Shown: positions 16,167-25,072 of the stretch, one piece after another
Position numbering within the stretch: position 1 is the stretch's first letter
Layout of the letters: every line of letters starts with the position of its first letter
Virus record (IMG/VR): IMGVR_UViG_3300033145_000490
Span: 1-42,466 of that record
Reading direction: 5' to 3' (one strand)
DNA length: 42,466 nt
From: a virus
Taxonomy: Duplodnaviria > Caudoviricetes
Made by a program: the position numbers and the translations under genes
Notes under the pieces: generated by a model
Database searches by the model: none
Told to the model about the DNA's origin: nothing
The model's input: only the letters and a program-made list of their open reading frames with translations

Positions 16167-17145
16167 TCTTTACTCCTTTCTTTACGTCCTGATGAGTTGC
16201 TGAATCTCCTGGTTTAAGATCTATAGGCACTTGTTCAAGATTCTTTACATCAGAAGCCACTTCTGTTTTATCAACAAAATCCTTCCATGTTGCCTGGCCA
16301 TCAGAAATAGTTTTAAATATTATCTTAAGATCCGCAATTTCTTTTGGAGTTGTTGCATCGATTGAATGTCCTAAGTATTCCTCAAGATCAAGAGGTTTAA
16401 TACCTAACTTTGCAAAAACATCAATCAATGTTTTTCTTGATCCATGTATATCGCTACTGACACCAGCCTCTATTGTTGTGCTTGTTATTTGCATGGCCTC
16501 ATCGATAATATCTTGCGGAATAAGTCTGAGAGAAGCGTTGCGGATCTCTTTAGATATAAGCGCAGCCTCTTTGATAGTTACCTCATCACTTGTAGCCACC
16601 ACAATAGAAATCTTCTCATTGTAACTATTTATCCTTTCGCTTATAACTTCTCGGCCAGCCGCATTCTTTCTTTCTACTGTCTTATCAACCGTAATCTGTT
16701 TGCTGTATGAGATATTTTTTTGAAGATCCACAACATTGACAAGCGTGATTCTTTTAAACGAATCTTCATAAATAGTAACGCATTGAATCTTAACATTACC
16801 CCATGTTCTAATCATCTCTTCCGCAAATCGAATTGAAGGCCCTTCAACAAAGTTTTGAACCCATTGATTGCCAACCTTCTTTTTGCCGACTGGCTTTTTA
16901 TATTTTACTTTTTCTGCAAACCTGAGATTCCTGCAACTATCTACAATCTCAACCCTAGCTTGTTCTCTATTCCTAGGCATCTTAAGCGCCATAACAAAAG
17001 CTGATTCAATTTCTGCCCTGGCTGATGCTGATACTGCTATGGCTGCATGTTCTGCTCGTTGCGCCAACTCCGTTCCTGCAAACTTAGTTGATATTTTTGA
17101 GAGTTCCTTCGAGTTCTCCGATAACATCTTTGTTTGTTCTTCCAT
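16147..17145 (-). CDS. Phage recombination-module protein (possible ssDNA-annealing protein)
   Basis: ALKMPRN...VEGPSIRFAEE...WGN motifs; sits between exonuclease genes. The function is inferred from position only. Confidence 0.55.
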   Translation of the reverse strand: MEEQTKMLSENSKELSKISTKFAGTELAQRAEHAAIAVSASARAEIESAFVMALKMPRNREQARVEIVDSCRNLRFAEKVKYKKPVGKKKVGNQWVQNFVEGPSIRFAEEMIRTWGNVKIQCVTIYEDSFKRITLVNVVDLQKNISYSKQITVDKTVERKNAAGREVISERINSYNEKISIVVATSDEVTIKEAALISKEIRNASLRLIPQDIIDEAMQITSTTIEAGVSSDIHGSRKTLIDVFAKLGIKPLDLEEYLGHSIDATTPKEIADLKIIFKTISDGQATWKDFVDKTEVASDVKNLEQVPIDLKPGDSATHQDVKKGVKSGTDKA

Positions 17146-17576
17146 TATCTCTTCCTCCTTAATTTTCTGCCATCAAAAATTATTTCTGATAGCTTAATTA
17201 GTTTTCCTCTTTCAAATTTATGATGCACTATATCATTAACAAATGCCACAAGTTGACTTGGTCTATCATCATCTTTTTTCCCAAGATGATGGACGACCTC
17301 TTCTTTTTTTAAATACCTTCCTATCTGTTTTTCAACAACAAGCCGACTTCTTCTAACATATCCAGTTTGCCAACTGAATGGATGATCTGGCATGCAAACA
17401 AGGATATATCCTTTTTGGGTTTTAATTAATCCTCCTTTCCAATTCCTACTTCTCTCTCCTTTATCATAACATCTCAAATTGAGCTTATGTTCTTCTGTAA
17501 ATTTTTTCCCTTTAAAATATCCTAGATGTCCTTTTTTAAATTCCGTTCTTGGATGATGTCCTTTTTTAAATGCCAT
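17145..17576 (-). CDS. HNH homing endonuclease
   Basis: FKKGH repeats, NWKGG, GY..HP..GYV..RLVVEKQIGRYL..EVVHH. Confidence 0.85.
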   Translation of the reverse strand: MAFKKGHHPRTEFKKGHLGYFKGKKFTEEHKLNLRCYDKGERSRNWKGGLIKTQKGYILVCMPDHPFSWQTGYVRRSRLVVEKQIGRYLKKEEVVHHLGKKDDDRPSQLVAFVNDIVHHKFERGKLIKLSEIIFDGRKLRRKR

Positions 17577-17579
17577 TCT

Positions 17580-18494
17580 TTAGTCTCCTTTTAAACTTCC
17601 CTCAAGAGATTTAATAAAACTATCTGTTTGCTCTAAGGTTTGCTTAACTTCTTTTTTTGTAATTGTTAAAGGAATTATCCGTTTACCATTTACATAAGGG
17701 CATGTTGGATAAAATCCGCAAAACTTAGGGCTACATAATGGATCAATGGGATTCGCTGGGACAAAAGAACCTTTCTTAATAATTTCACAAGCAAGAGCGA
17801 ATCGACTTACCGCTATTTTAAAATCTTCCTTTGTCCTTGTGGATTTATAAATGATTCCGTATGCGCTTCGCGTTTTAGTAGGTTTAATTAAATTATCCTG
17901 GATTACAAAATCAGGCATTATACCGTCTATGGTATATTTTGCCAAAGCATAGAAAGTATATTGTTCACTCAAATCTACAATTCTTTGTCCTCCATTTACT
18001 TTCATTGTTTTTGTATCTCTAATTTGATTTCCTTCGTCAATATCCATTTGTCCTGCAAGATCATAATCAAACTCTTTCGCTTTTAATACCCATTTTCTCT
18101 CTATGATTTTTGGATTTATCTTGTTAGCGATGTCGTAGTGATGAGCAATTATAAGTTCCCTTGCTTGATCTTGAGCAAAATCTTTTGTTTTTTTTAATCC
18201 TTGTGCAACCTCTTCTTCATTAAGAACAACTGGGGATTCTTGCCACTCTTTTATAAAATCGTCTTTACTATAATCTTGGATAGCTTCTTTAGTAAGAAGA
18301 GTCCCTTTATCTATTTTATGATTGAGATTCTTTGCAACAGTAGTATGAGTGGCAGTTCCAACAACAAGAGGAACAGTAGGAGGCTCTTTTTCTCCATCTA
18401 AAACGGCTCTTGAAAATTTATATCCGCACTTATATAATAATGCTAAATGGCTTTGATGGAGTTGTGGTTTTATTTTCTCTTGCGTGTCTTGCAT
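17580..18494 (-). CDS. Cas4/RecB-like PD-(D/E)XK exonuclease
   Basis: N-terminal Cys, GTATH, LAGQMD, IRDTKT, QYTFY, C-terminal CSPKFCGFYPTC (1+3 Cys arrangement). Confidence 0.85.
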   Translation of the reverse strand: MQDTQEKIKPQLHQSHLALLYKCGYKFSRAVLDGEKEPPTVPLVVGTATHTTVAKNLNHKIDKGTLLTKEAIQDYSKDDFIKEWQESPVVLNEEEVAQGLKKTKDFAQDQARELIIAHHYDIANKINPKIIERKWVLKAKEFDYDLAGQMDIDEGNQIRDTKTMKVNGGQRIVDLSEQYTFYALAKYTIDGIMPDFVIQDNLIKPTKTRSAYGIIYKSTRTKEDFKIAVSRFALACEIIKKGSFVPANPIDPLCSPKFCGFYPTCPYVNGKRIIPLTITKKEVKQTLEQTDSFIKSLEGSLKGD

Positions 18495-18652
18495 TCTTTT
18501 ATTCTCTTATCTTTTATAAAATATACTGCCTTTGTCGTGGCTACAATAATCTTTCTCTTAAATAAACACATACCTGTAATCATTTCTCCTTCATCAGTTA
18601 TAGCGATTGTATGTACTCCTGTTCTTTTGTTATATCTATGGACTTCTCTCAT
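18470..18652 (-). CDS. Small basic hypothetical protein
   Basis: ATGA-coupled ORF. Confidence 0.6.
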   Translation of the reverse strand: MREVHRYNKRTGVHTIAITDEGEMITGMCLFKRKIIVATTKAVYFIKDKRIKECKTRKRK

Positions 18653-19152
18653 TTTAATCCTTTCAATCGTCTGTACTTCAAAATATAGTTTATGGTTTCT
18701 TGTGGCAAAAGCAATCCCTTAACTACATAGTTAATCCCTGCATTATAGCAAATCAATACATTCTCTAGGGTAACAGGCTTCTTGAAGTATCTGAGCATTT
18801 GAGGAATACGTTTTTTGAGATACCAAGTACCAATCATTATATTGATTTTTGAAGTATAGAGTTCGTAACTTGCTATCGTTTTATGGAATAAATAACTATT
18901 CCATTCCTCCAAACATATTGGAGTTATCTGCATCAACCCGATAGCTCCACTACTCTTATTATAAGCATTAGGATTCCCACTACTCTCAATTTGAATGATT
19001 ATATCTATATCAACCATTTCTTCAGCAAATGCCTCTGTTGTATATAAGATTGTTATAACCACAAATATTATTGCGAGTATTAAAACAATAGCTAAGAATA
19101 CTTCCCATATTTGTTTAGCGCACTCATGTTCAATTTCATCGAAAAAACTCAT
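18649..19152 (-). CDS. Lytic transglycosylase (SLT) with N-terminal membrane or signal segment
   Basis: IESSGNPNA, GAIGLMQI, NIMIGTWYL, CYNAG; hydrophobic stretch followed by AFA. Confidence 0.92.
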   Translation of the reverse strand: MSFFDEIEHECAKQIWEVFLAIVLILAIIFVVITILYTTEAFAEEMVDIDIIIQIESSGNPNAYNKSSGAIGLMQITPICLEEWNSYLFHKTIASYELYTSKINIMIGTWYLKKRIPQMLRYFKKPVTLENVLICYNAGINYVVKGLLLPQETINYILKYRRLKGLK

Positions 19153-19421
19153 GGTTTCACCTTTTCTGCTTTGGCGATAATTTCTCTTGCTGTTGAGATA
19201 TGGTCTTGATTTAATCTTCCTTCTTCAAATGCTTTGATTATTGATTGTAGTTGTTCAAATATCTTAGTATTGATTTTTTTAGCAAATTCATCGCCATACT
19301 CAACCCAATCATCAACACTAACATCTCCTAACCAAGCATTAAAAGCATCTGGCATATCATCATCTGTACCAATATAATCCTCTGCGTGTTTTTCCATTAA
19401 GAAATCTTCAAATTTACTCAT
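19149..19421 (-). CDS. Acidic hypothetical protein
   Basis: FEDFLMEKHAEDYIGTDDDMPDAFNAWL; SD GGAGGG. Confidence 0.75.
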   Translation of the reverse strand: MSKFEDFLMEKHAEDYIGTDDDMPDAFNAWLGDVSVDDWVEYGDEFAKKINTKIFEQLQSIIKAFEEGRLNQDHISTAREIIAKAEKVKP

Positions 19422-19545
19422 GGTTCACCCTCCAAATTAAATGAAGGGAAAGTCAGTCCGCTAGAGCTGTAAAAAAAGACCAGCGCTGTCTCTGGTCTTT
19501 TACCTTTCCCATTTTTAATTTGTAATCTAGCGGATTGGCAATTCA
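19422..19545 (-). promoter_or_regulatory. Structured intergenic RNA element with a central intrinsic terminator
   Basis: AAAAGACCAG/CTGGTCTTTT hairpin plus U-run, two crossing long-range pairings and an SD-occluding hairpin. Confidence 0.65.
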
Positions 19546-19980
19546 TTATTTTTTTGTTTTATTATGATTATTTTTTCTGTTTACTGACATTTCAATAAAC
19601 CTACAATTTGAAAATTCATAATCCTTATTGGAGTTTAAACGATCAATGGATGGTTTTTTCAATCTCCAACCTTTATCTCTTTCCCATAGTAATTTTAATT
19701 CTGTCTTAGAAAGCCTTACTTTTATTCCTTTACCACCATAATATTTATATTTTTTATCATTTGGATTACCACAACGCTGAGTAAGATTTTTCCATAAACA
19801 ATTCAAGTATTTATTCTTCTTATATAAATTTAATATTTTTGCTTTATAGAAAATATCAAATCCATTTCTTTCCCAAACAGAAATAACCCCCCCAGAAACT
19901 TTTAATTCTTTACATAACTGAATTAAAGTCTTTCCATATTTTCTTTTGAACTTACTTCCGACTTTAATATATTTAAGCAT
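19546..19980 (-). CDS. HTH-like plus HNH-type endonuclease protein; first early gene
   Basis: N-terminal TLIQLCKELKVSGGVISVWERNG; C-terminal RCGNP..YKYYGGKGIKV...SIDRLNSNKDYEFSNCRFI. Confidence 0.75.
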   Translation of the reverse strand: MLKYIKVGSKFKRKYGKTLIQLCKELKVSGGVISVWERNGFDIFYKAKILNLYKKNKYLNCLWKNLTQRCGNPNDKKYKYYGGKGIKVRLSKTELKLLWERDKGWRLKKPSIDRLNSNKDYEFSNCRFIEMSVNRKNNHNKTKK

Positions 19981-19986
19981 AAATAA

Positions 19987-20015
19987 ATTATAAGCTATAA
20001 ATAATTATTTGTCAA
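19987..20015 (-). promoter_or_regulatory. Consensus sigma70 promoter TTGACA-17-TATAAT (main early promoter, leaderless mRNA)
   Basis: Exact hexamers; ATG 6 nt after the -10 box; AT-rich upstream region. Confidence 0.85.
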
Positions 20016-20072
20016 GAAGAATTATTTTATATTTACATCTAATTTTTAGGCGAGTTTTCTCGTCGAGAAATT

Positions 20073-20723
20073 TTAAAGGATATTCTTTCCTGTAATAAAA
20101 TCCACATTATTCTTTCCGCAATCTTTGGGAGTTGTCAAACCGCATCTGTTTTTCGACTTGCCTCGATATATGTACGGATTCAAAGAAGATATGCCGAAGT
20201 CTGCTTCACATACCGCTTCGCTACAAAAAAAGGAATCTCGGCTTTGCATTGGATTAAACCTTTTTGTCCAACTCTTGAATGTGAATTTGAAGACAAGAAA
20301 CATTATAGCCCAACCATCGTACAGCTTTCCTATCTTCTTATGCATCCGGATCCTGGCGATTTCTATGCCATCAGCATATTCTTTATTGCTATCAAAAACA
20401 TCTTTCTTTAATCTAACCGCCTTCAACTCATATTTCTTTTCGTTAAAGTAAACTTCAAGAGGGCGTTTAACTACGCCCTTGAATAAAGCCTCGATAACAT
20501 AACCCTTACCATCTTCTTCATAATACTTACCAACATGGTTAAAATGCGATTCTGTAAGTTTACGGATAGATATAGAAATCCAAGACCAACCTTTCGTATG
20601 CACTAAAATATTATCGCCGTTTTTTAATAATTCAGGATGAAATCCTAACAAATGAGATCTATTTGCATCCCACCATCTTCCTGTCTCCCACCATTTTTTC
20701 TTATTGTTCATCCTTATCTCCAT
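20073..20723 (-). CDS. Permuted papain-like NlpC/P60 hydrolase (YiiX/YebB type)
   Basis: GDNILV, FNHVG (His), VIEA, YD, FFCSE (Cys), TPKD. The start may be 20711. Confidence 0.85.
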   Translation of the reverse strand: MEIRMNNKKKWWETGRWWDANRSHLLGFHPELLKNGDNILVHTKGWSWISISIRKLTESHFNHVGKYYEEDGKGYVIEALFKGVVKRPLEVYFNEKKYELKAVRLKKDVFDSNKEYADGIEIARIRMHKKIGKLYDGWAIMFLVFKFTFKSWTKRFNPMQSRDSFFCSEAVCEADFGISSLNPYIYRGKSKNRCGLTTPKDCGKNNVDFITGKNIL

Positions 20724-20913
20724 TTGCCATTTTGTTTATTTGCTCGTCAACTTCTAGTAAACCACCTGTAAGCTTCTTAACTCCTCTTTTAAGTAAATTA
20801 ATCGCCATAATAATATCATTTATAGCGCCCTTCATATTGTGTATTACATCACTAATAGCTTTCCAAGAAGAAGTAAATCCTTTTATTTTGATTGATTCTG
20901 GTGTTTTTTTCAT
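20701..20913 (-). CDS. Hypothetical protein (70 aa)
   Basis: ATGA-coupled ORF at the end of the late operon. Confidence 0.65.
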   Translation of the reverse strand: MKKTPESIKIKGFTSSWKAISDVIHNMKGAINDIIMAINLLKRGVKKLTGGLLEVDEQINKMANGDKDEQ

Positions 20914-21155
20914 TTTGAAAGCAATATAGGTATTAGCTTGAAAACCATTCCTACCATCCCTGTCAATAAAATGCCTATTAAAAAATAATGAATTGCCCTA
21001 TGGGTCTTTAAGGATTTAACATCATCCTTATACCCATTAAGATTATCTAATTTTCTACAGACTCGTTTCAATGTTTCAGTAGTCTTTACTTTGAAAGTTA
21101 TATCGTCTTTTATTTCAGTTAATTCTAATGGAGTTAAGGTAATCTCGTCTGGCAT
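20910..21155 (-). CDS. Small protein with a C-terminal transmembrane helix (holin or lysis accessory candidate)
   Basis: Coiled segment then one TM; follows the fibre genes; SD AGGAGGAG. Confidence 0.5.
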   Translation of the reverse strand: MPDEITLTPLELTEIKDDITFKVKTTETLKRVCRKLDNLNGYKDDVKSLKTHRAIHYFLIGILLTGMVGMVFKLIPILLSK

Positions 21156-21227
21156 TATTTTCTCCTCCTGATTAATGCAACGCTGATTGTGCCTATTACA
21201 GTTATTTTTGTTGCTGTTGTTCTATCA

Positions 21228-22211
21228 TTATTTCTTCTTAATGTTTAATTGACTGATTACCATTATTCGTCTTGCTTCTACTGCTGATACGTATTCATCT
21301 GCTCCTATATCCCAAGTTCCTGTTCTAGTTTCTCCATCTATATCATCTGAAAATGGATAAACCCCATCAGCAACAAGAGATGTTCCATAATCTAACGCAC
21401 CAGCATCCCCTGAGTCTAAATGAAAATCTGGGTCACCTACAAATGTAAAGGTTTGATTAATCCTATTTCCACCACCATCAGTAGTCCAATCCGAAGATTT
21501 ATTTTCTTTTAAAGAACAATTTGTAGCTACTAAAGTAGCCCCAGCATAAACCAAAAAAGCGTCAGTATGGTCAATTAAAAAATTGGTGCAAAAATTTGTA
21601 GTGTTTGCTCTACAAATAAATCTTCCCCCTATAAAAGTGCAATTATATATATACACACTGCTACCAACCCCAGTATGGTCAATATAGGAACCACTAAGAA
21701 AAATACAATTTACGAATATTTGATTTCCAGCACCAGCACCATCTGAAAAAGAGTGAGTAATTAAACAATTTCTGAATACAGTATTTCCACCTGCTGAAGC
21801 CAGAGTGGTAGTAGAATCATTCTGTATTCCATTAACAAATACATTACCAAAATAGAATATTATTGTGCTGGCACTATCTAAACGATAATAAGATGTAGAA
21901 TATACCCCTTTATGTCGTGCAGTAGGAGAAGTATAAATATTTATATAATCATCGGGAGTAGTAACATAATTATGTAATAATAATCTTGTTGTGTCGGCAC
22001 TTGTCCATCCATTACCACCTAACTCAGTTCCGATTATTTCAACATCAAACCAACCATCTCCAGTTAAGTCTTGTTCATTGGCACCCGTGCAAGCTTCTAG
22101 TGTTGTATAATCCCCATTACCATCTTCTTCTACTGTCTTATATAAAAATTGAGCAGCAAAACAGTTGGTGGTTAAAAAACAAAATAAGATTGTGATTAAA
22201 AACTTCTTCAT
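21228..22211 (-). CDS. Beta-helix (pectin-lyase-like) protein with signal peptide
   Basis: Leader MKKFLITILFCFLTTNCFA; repeated NC(L/I/T/S) rungs; DFHL...DIDGETR..WDIGADEY. Confidence 0.75.
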   Translation of the reverse strand: MKKFLITILFCFLTTNCFAAQFLYKTVEEDGNGDYTTLEACTGANEQDLTGDGWFDVEIIGTELGGNGWTSADTTRLLLHNYVTTPDDYINIYTSPTARHKGVYSTSYYRLDSASTIIFYFGNVFVNGIQNDSTTTLASAGGNTVFRNCLITHSFSDGAGAGNQIFVNCIFLSGSYIDHTGVGSSVYIYNCTFIGGRFICRANTTNFCTNFLIDHTDAFLVYAGATLVATNCSLKENKSSDWTTDGGGNRINQTFTFVGDPDFHLDSGDAGALDYGTSLVADGVYPFSDDIDGETRTGTWDIGADEYVSAVEARRIMVISQLNIKKK

Positions 22212-22672
22212 TGAGTTTTTATAGTTATATTTGATATAAAAGTATTCTTCTGCAACTTATTCACACTTATACTACTTTGAGATAATTGTTTAGCATTATC
22301 TACCACAATTTTAGGTATTTGGTGTTTTCTATGTTTAAGTATAATAGAATTTTCTGGGTCTGTATTATCTTCTAAACTTTCTTCATATTTTTTGGCATCC
22401 TCAATCTTCAAATCGGGTATTTTGATTACTATATAATTAGGTAAACATTCTTCCTTACCCCATTTCCAACCATCGGGTTTAACTACAATAATATCTCCTA
22501 TTTGAGAACGAGCTTCATAAGATTGTTTATCCCTAAAAGTTAATTTATCAATATCTTCCTGTTTAAAATCATCCATCCAATGTGGTTTGGCTTTAACAAG
22601 AAGTTCTGCTCCAAAGCAAGAAGAAGAAATTAAACAAAACAATATAGTTAAAATTATCTTTTTAATCATCAA
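22208..22672 (-). CDS. Hypothetical late protein with signal peptide
   Basis: Leader MIKKIILTILFCLISSSCFG; GDIIVVKPDGWKWGKEE. Confidence 0.75.
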   Translation of the reverse strand: MMIKKIILTILFCLISSSCFGAELLVKAKPHWMDDFKQEDIDKLTFRDKQSYEARSQIGDIIVVKPDGWKWGKEECLPNYIVIKIPDLKIEDAKKYEESLEDNTDPENSIILKHRKHQIPKIVVDNAKQLSQSSISVNKLQKNTFISNITIKTQ

Positions 22673-25064
22673 TCGTATATTCTACCATTAAACTTAATTC
22701 TGTCGCTGTGGCTACTGCTGATATATCTAAATCTATGTCCTCTGTCCTTGCTGTTATATTATCATAATCTGTATTTATGGTATCAACATCGCAACCAGAG
22801 GCACAGGAAGTCTGTCCGCCCGTATCGCAGACCAATTCCGCAGACAAAATATTATTATCAGAACCATCTTCTAAATTTAATTCTACTGTTCCCGCATCTG
22901 TTATACACTTTACAAATGTAATGGTGATGTCATTCGCAAAACCGCAAAGTAAATTATTCATCGCTTCAACGGCTGGAGTTTCAATCCAAGCTTTTACATC
23001 ATCGGTATAGAGTTCTGCATCAGCAGCTAAAGTAGCTCCCCCTATTGTTAAAGACCTTCCCTCTAAATCTGTAACTGCTGTGGCATCTGTAACAATAATC
23101 CCTGCTAGACCATCCAGTCTATCTAATTCGGCTACTGTGATAGTTTTAGGTGTAGAAGTTGTTATACTCGTTGTAATACCTAAATCGTTTATTGCAGATA
23201 CGTCTAAACTTCCATCAGCTATTACTGCCTTATTAGCTGCTACTGTACCATTCGTAATACCATCAAGTTTTTCTAAGTCTGTTTCGTTTAAGTCTGCTCC
23301 GCCTATAATAAAAGAACCTGTTGCTGTTATGGTACTTGAAGTCGCTAATGCTCCTGCTTCTGTAAGGCTCGCTATTTCAGCACTTGCTCCATCTGTAAAT
23401 GAATATTTATTAGAACCATTATTATCAGCGTCTATCTCAAAAACCATATCGTCATTATCGGCTAAAATACCTGCTAATGTTGCACCTGTTAAAACAGGAT
23501 TTGTATTAAATACAGCTAAAGGTGTGCCAGAAGCCGAGCCTGTCTCATCAGATAATAAACCAAAAAGATTTGCAGAGCTAAAAACATTTAAATCATCTGC
23601 TATATCCAATTTAGTCAAAGTTAAAATTTGTCCGCTAAGCGTAAGATAATCAGGAGTTCCTGCAAGTGAAACTGGGTCGTGAGATGAACCACCGCCACCT
23701 GTTACTACTGTCGGCTGAGTACCTCTTAAATCAACTGTTGAGATAAGTTCTAAATCACTTCCTGAATTAGTCCATTTCATCGTCAACCTAGCAAGCAAAT
23801 GTCCTGTGTTGCTATCTATAACAAATTCTCTGGGTAAAGAGTAAACATCACAGCCTAAGGAATCCAACTCTGCCCCTGATTGTGTAGAATAAGAACAAGT
23901 AGGAAGATTTACCATTAACGGAGCGTATTCGCTTGTCTTATTTCCAACCATCCATAAAACTAAATTATAATATCTTGCAGGATTAACATTCATAGGGTCG
24001 CCATCCGCATCTACTAAAAAATCATATAAGTCGTGTCCATCCTCATAAGCTGCAACTGAGCTATTAACCACGTGAAAATCATCATTACCTGGAGAGGTAT
24101 CTTTAGCAAGAATAGCTTGTCTATGAAATTGATATAATACACCTGCCGAAGTTTCCAAATAAACAGTATCAGGCGCAGCATCAGTTCTTGTAACATAAGT
24201 TCCGCCATCTCCATTTCCACTTAATCCGCTAAAATATCCATCTGCGCCACCCAATCTTATACGTTCTCCGAGATGCGCTAAATGCCCCTGGTCATTTCCA
24301 TTAACTAAATGATCATTCCAGTTTTGATTTATATAAATTCCATCTGCCTGAGCATAAGCAGCAGTAGGTACAAAGAAAAACCCAACTCTGATATGTTCTA
24401 CATTTGTAGGAAATTCAGTTGTTGATTTTACTAATGTAGCAGGAGCAGATTCTAATACATAGATAAAATTCTTTTGAGGAGCAGCATCACTAGCACCTAC
24501 TGTAAGGGCAATAGTAGAGCCACCTGTAAATACGCTATTACCACTTGAAAATTGAGAAGTTAGATTGCCACCTGCAGGATTAGTTACAGTTAAAGTTACA
24601 ACTGTTCCATTTGAAGTTACTAAGGCATTAAATGATTCTGCAAAAGTACCATTATAAAAATCTCCCTTAGTAGATGAAACTGCGCCAGAAGATACAGAGA
24701 AATCCCTTGCGGTAAAAGAAGCCACCCCCTTATTAGAATCAGAGGCATCTTCGCCTGAAACAACAATATTTCCATTAGCACCACCATCAGCTATATCTAT
24801 TGCTTCACCCTCAGTTAATACTCTTTCATCAGAAAGGTCTCCATCTAGGCTAAGGACAACGTATTCTGCATCTGTGGGAGCGCCTCCAGCACCTTCTGTA
24901 GCAACCTCTTCTATAGCAGCTTGAACATCAGTCGCAGTTATCGTTCCAGCAGGTGTAAAACTAATCCTCTTGGCTTTTGGATCCGCAGCATAACTATTTG
25001 TATTGATAAAACAAAAGTTTAATACTATTAAATATGCAAATAACACTCTTAAAATATTTTTCAT
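22662..25064 (-). CDS. Tail fibre-like protein with signal peptide
   Basis: Start moved to 25064 (AGGA upstream). Leader ends SYA; TDVQAAIEEV, SDETGS..LAVF and ELDRLDG fibre-type motifs; G/S/T/D-rich. Confidence 0.75.
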   Translation of the reverse strand: MKNILRVLFAYLIVLNFCFINTNSYAADPKAKRISFTPAGTITATDVQAAIEEVATEGAGGAPTDAEYVVLSLDGDLSDERVLTEGEAIDIADGGANGNIVVSGEDASDSNKGVASFTARDFSVSSGAVSSTKGDFYNGTFAESFNALVTSNGTVVTLTVTNPAGGNLTSQFSSGNSVFTGGSTIALTVGASDAAPQKNFIYVLESAPATLVKSTTEFPTNVEHIRVGFFFVPTAAYAQADGIYINQNWNDHLVNGNDQGHLAHLGERIRLGGADGYFSGLSGNGDGGTYVTRTDAAPDTVYLETSAGVLYQFHRQAILAKDTSPGNDDFHVVNSSVAAYEDGHDLYDFLVDADGDPMNVNPARYYNLVLWMVGNKTSEYAPLMVNLPTCSYSTQSGAELDSLGCDVYSLPREFVIDSNTGHLLARLTMKWTNSGSDLELISTVDLRGTQPTVVTGGGGSSHDPVSLAGTPDYLTLSGQILTLTKLDIADDLNVFSSANLFGLLSDETGSASGTPLAVFNTNPVLTGATLAGILADNDDMVFEIDADNNGSNKYSFTDGASAEIASLTEAGALATSSTITATGSFIIGGADLNETDLEKLDGITNGTVAANKAVIADGSLDVSAINDLGITTSITTSTPKTITVAELDRLDGLAGIIVTDATAVTDLEGRSLTIGGATLAADAELYTDDVKAWIETPAVEAMNNLLCGFANDITITFVKCITDAGTVELNLEDGSDNNILSAELVCDTGGQTSCASGCDVDTINTDYDNITARTEDIDLDISAVATATELSLMVEYTIDD

Positions 25065-25072
25065 AGTTAGTC

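Noticed and set aside
17526-17571. Short direct repeat atgtccttttttaaa
   Set aside because: Explained by the FKKGH peptide repeat at the N-terminus of the HNH endonuclease.
15399-18494. CRISPR-Cas system suggested by Cas4-like nucleases
   Set aside because: No repeat-spacer array or cas1/cas2; stand-alone Cas4-like exonucleases are common in phage recombination modules.
20050-20072. Terminator at the end of the late operon
   Set aside because: Only short overlapping palindromes (tttctcg-t-cgagaaa) with an implausibly small loop; too weak to call.
21228-25064. Diversity-generating retroelement, expected from the BPP-1-like structural genes
   Set aside because: No reverse transcriptase ORF and no TR/VR repeat pair differing at adenines were seen by eye.
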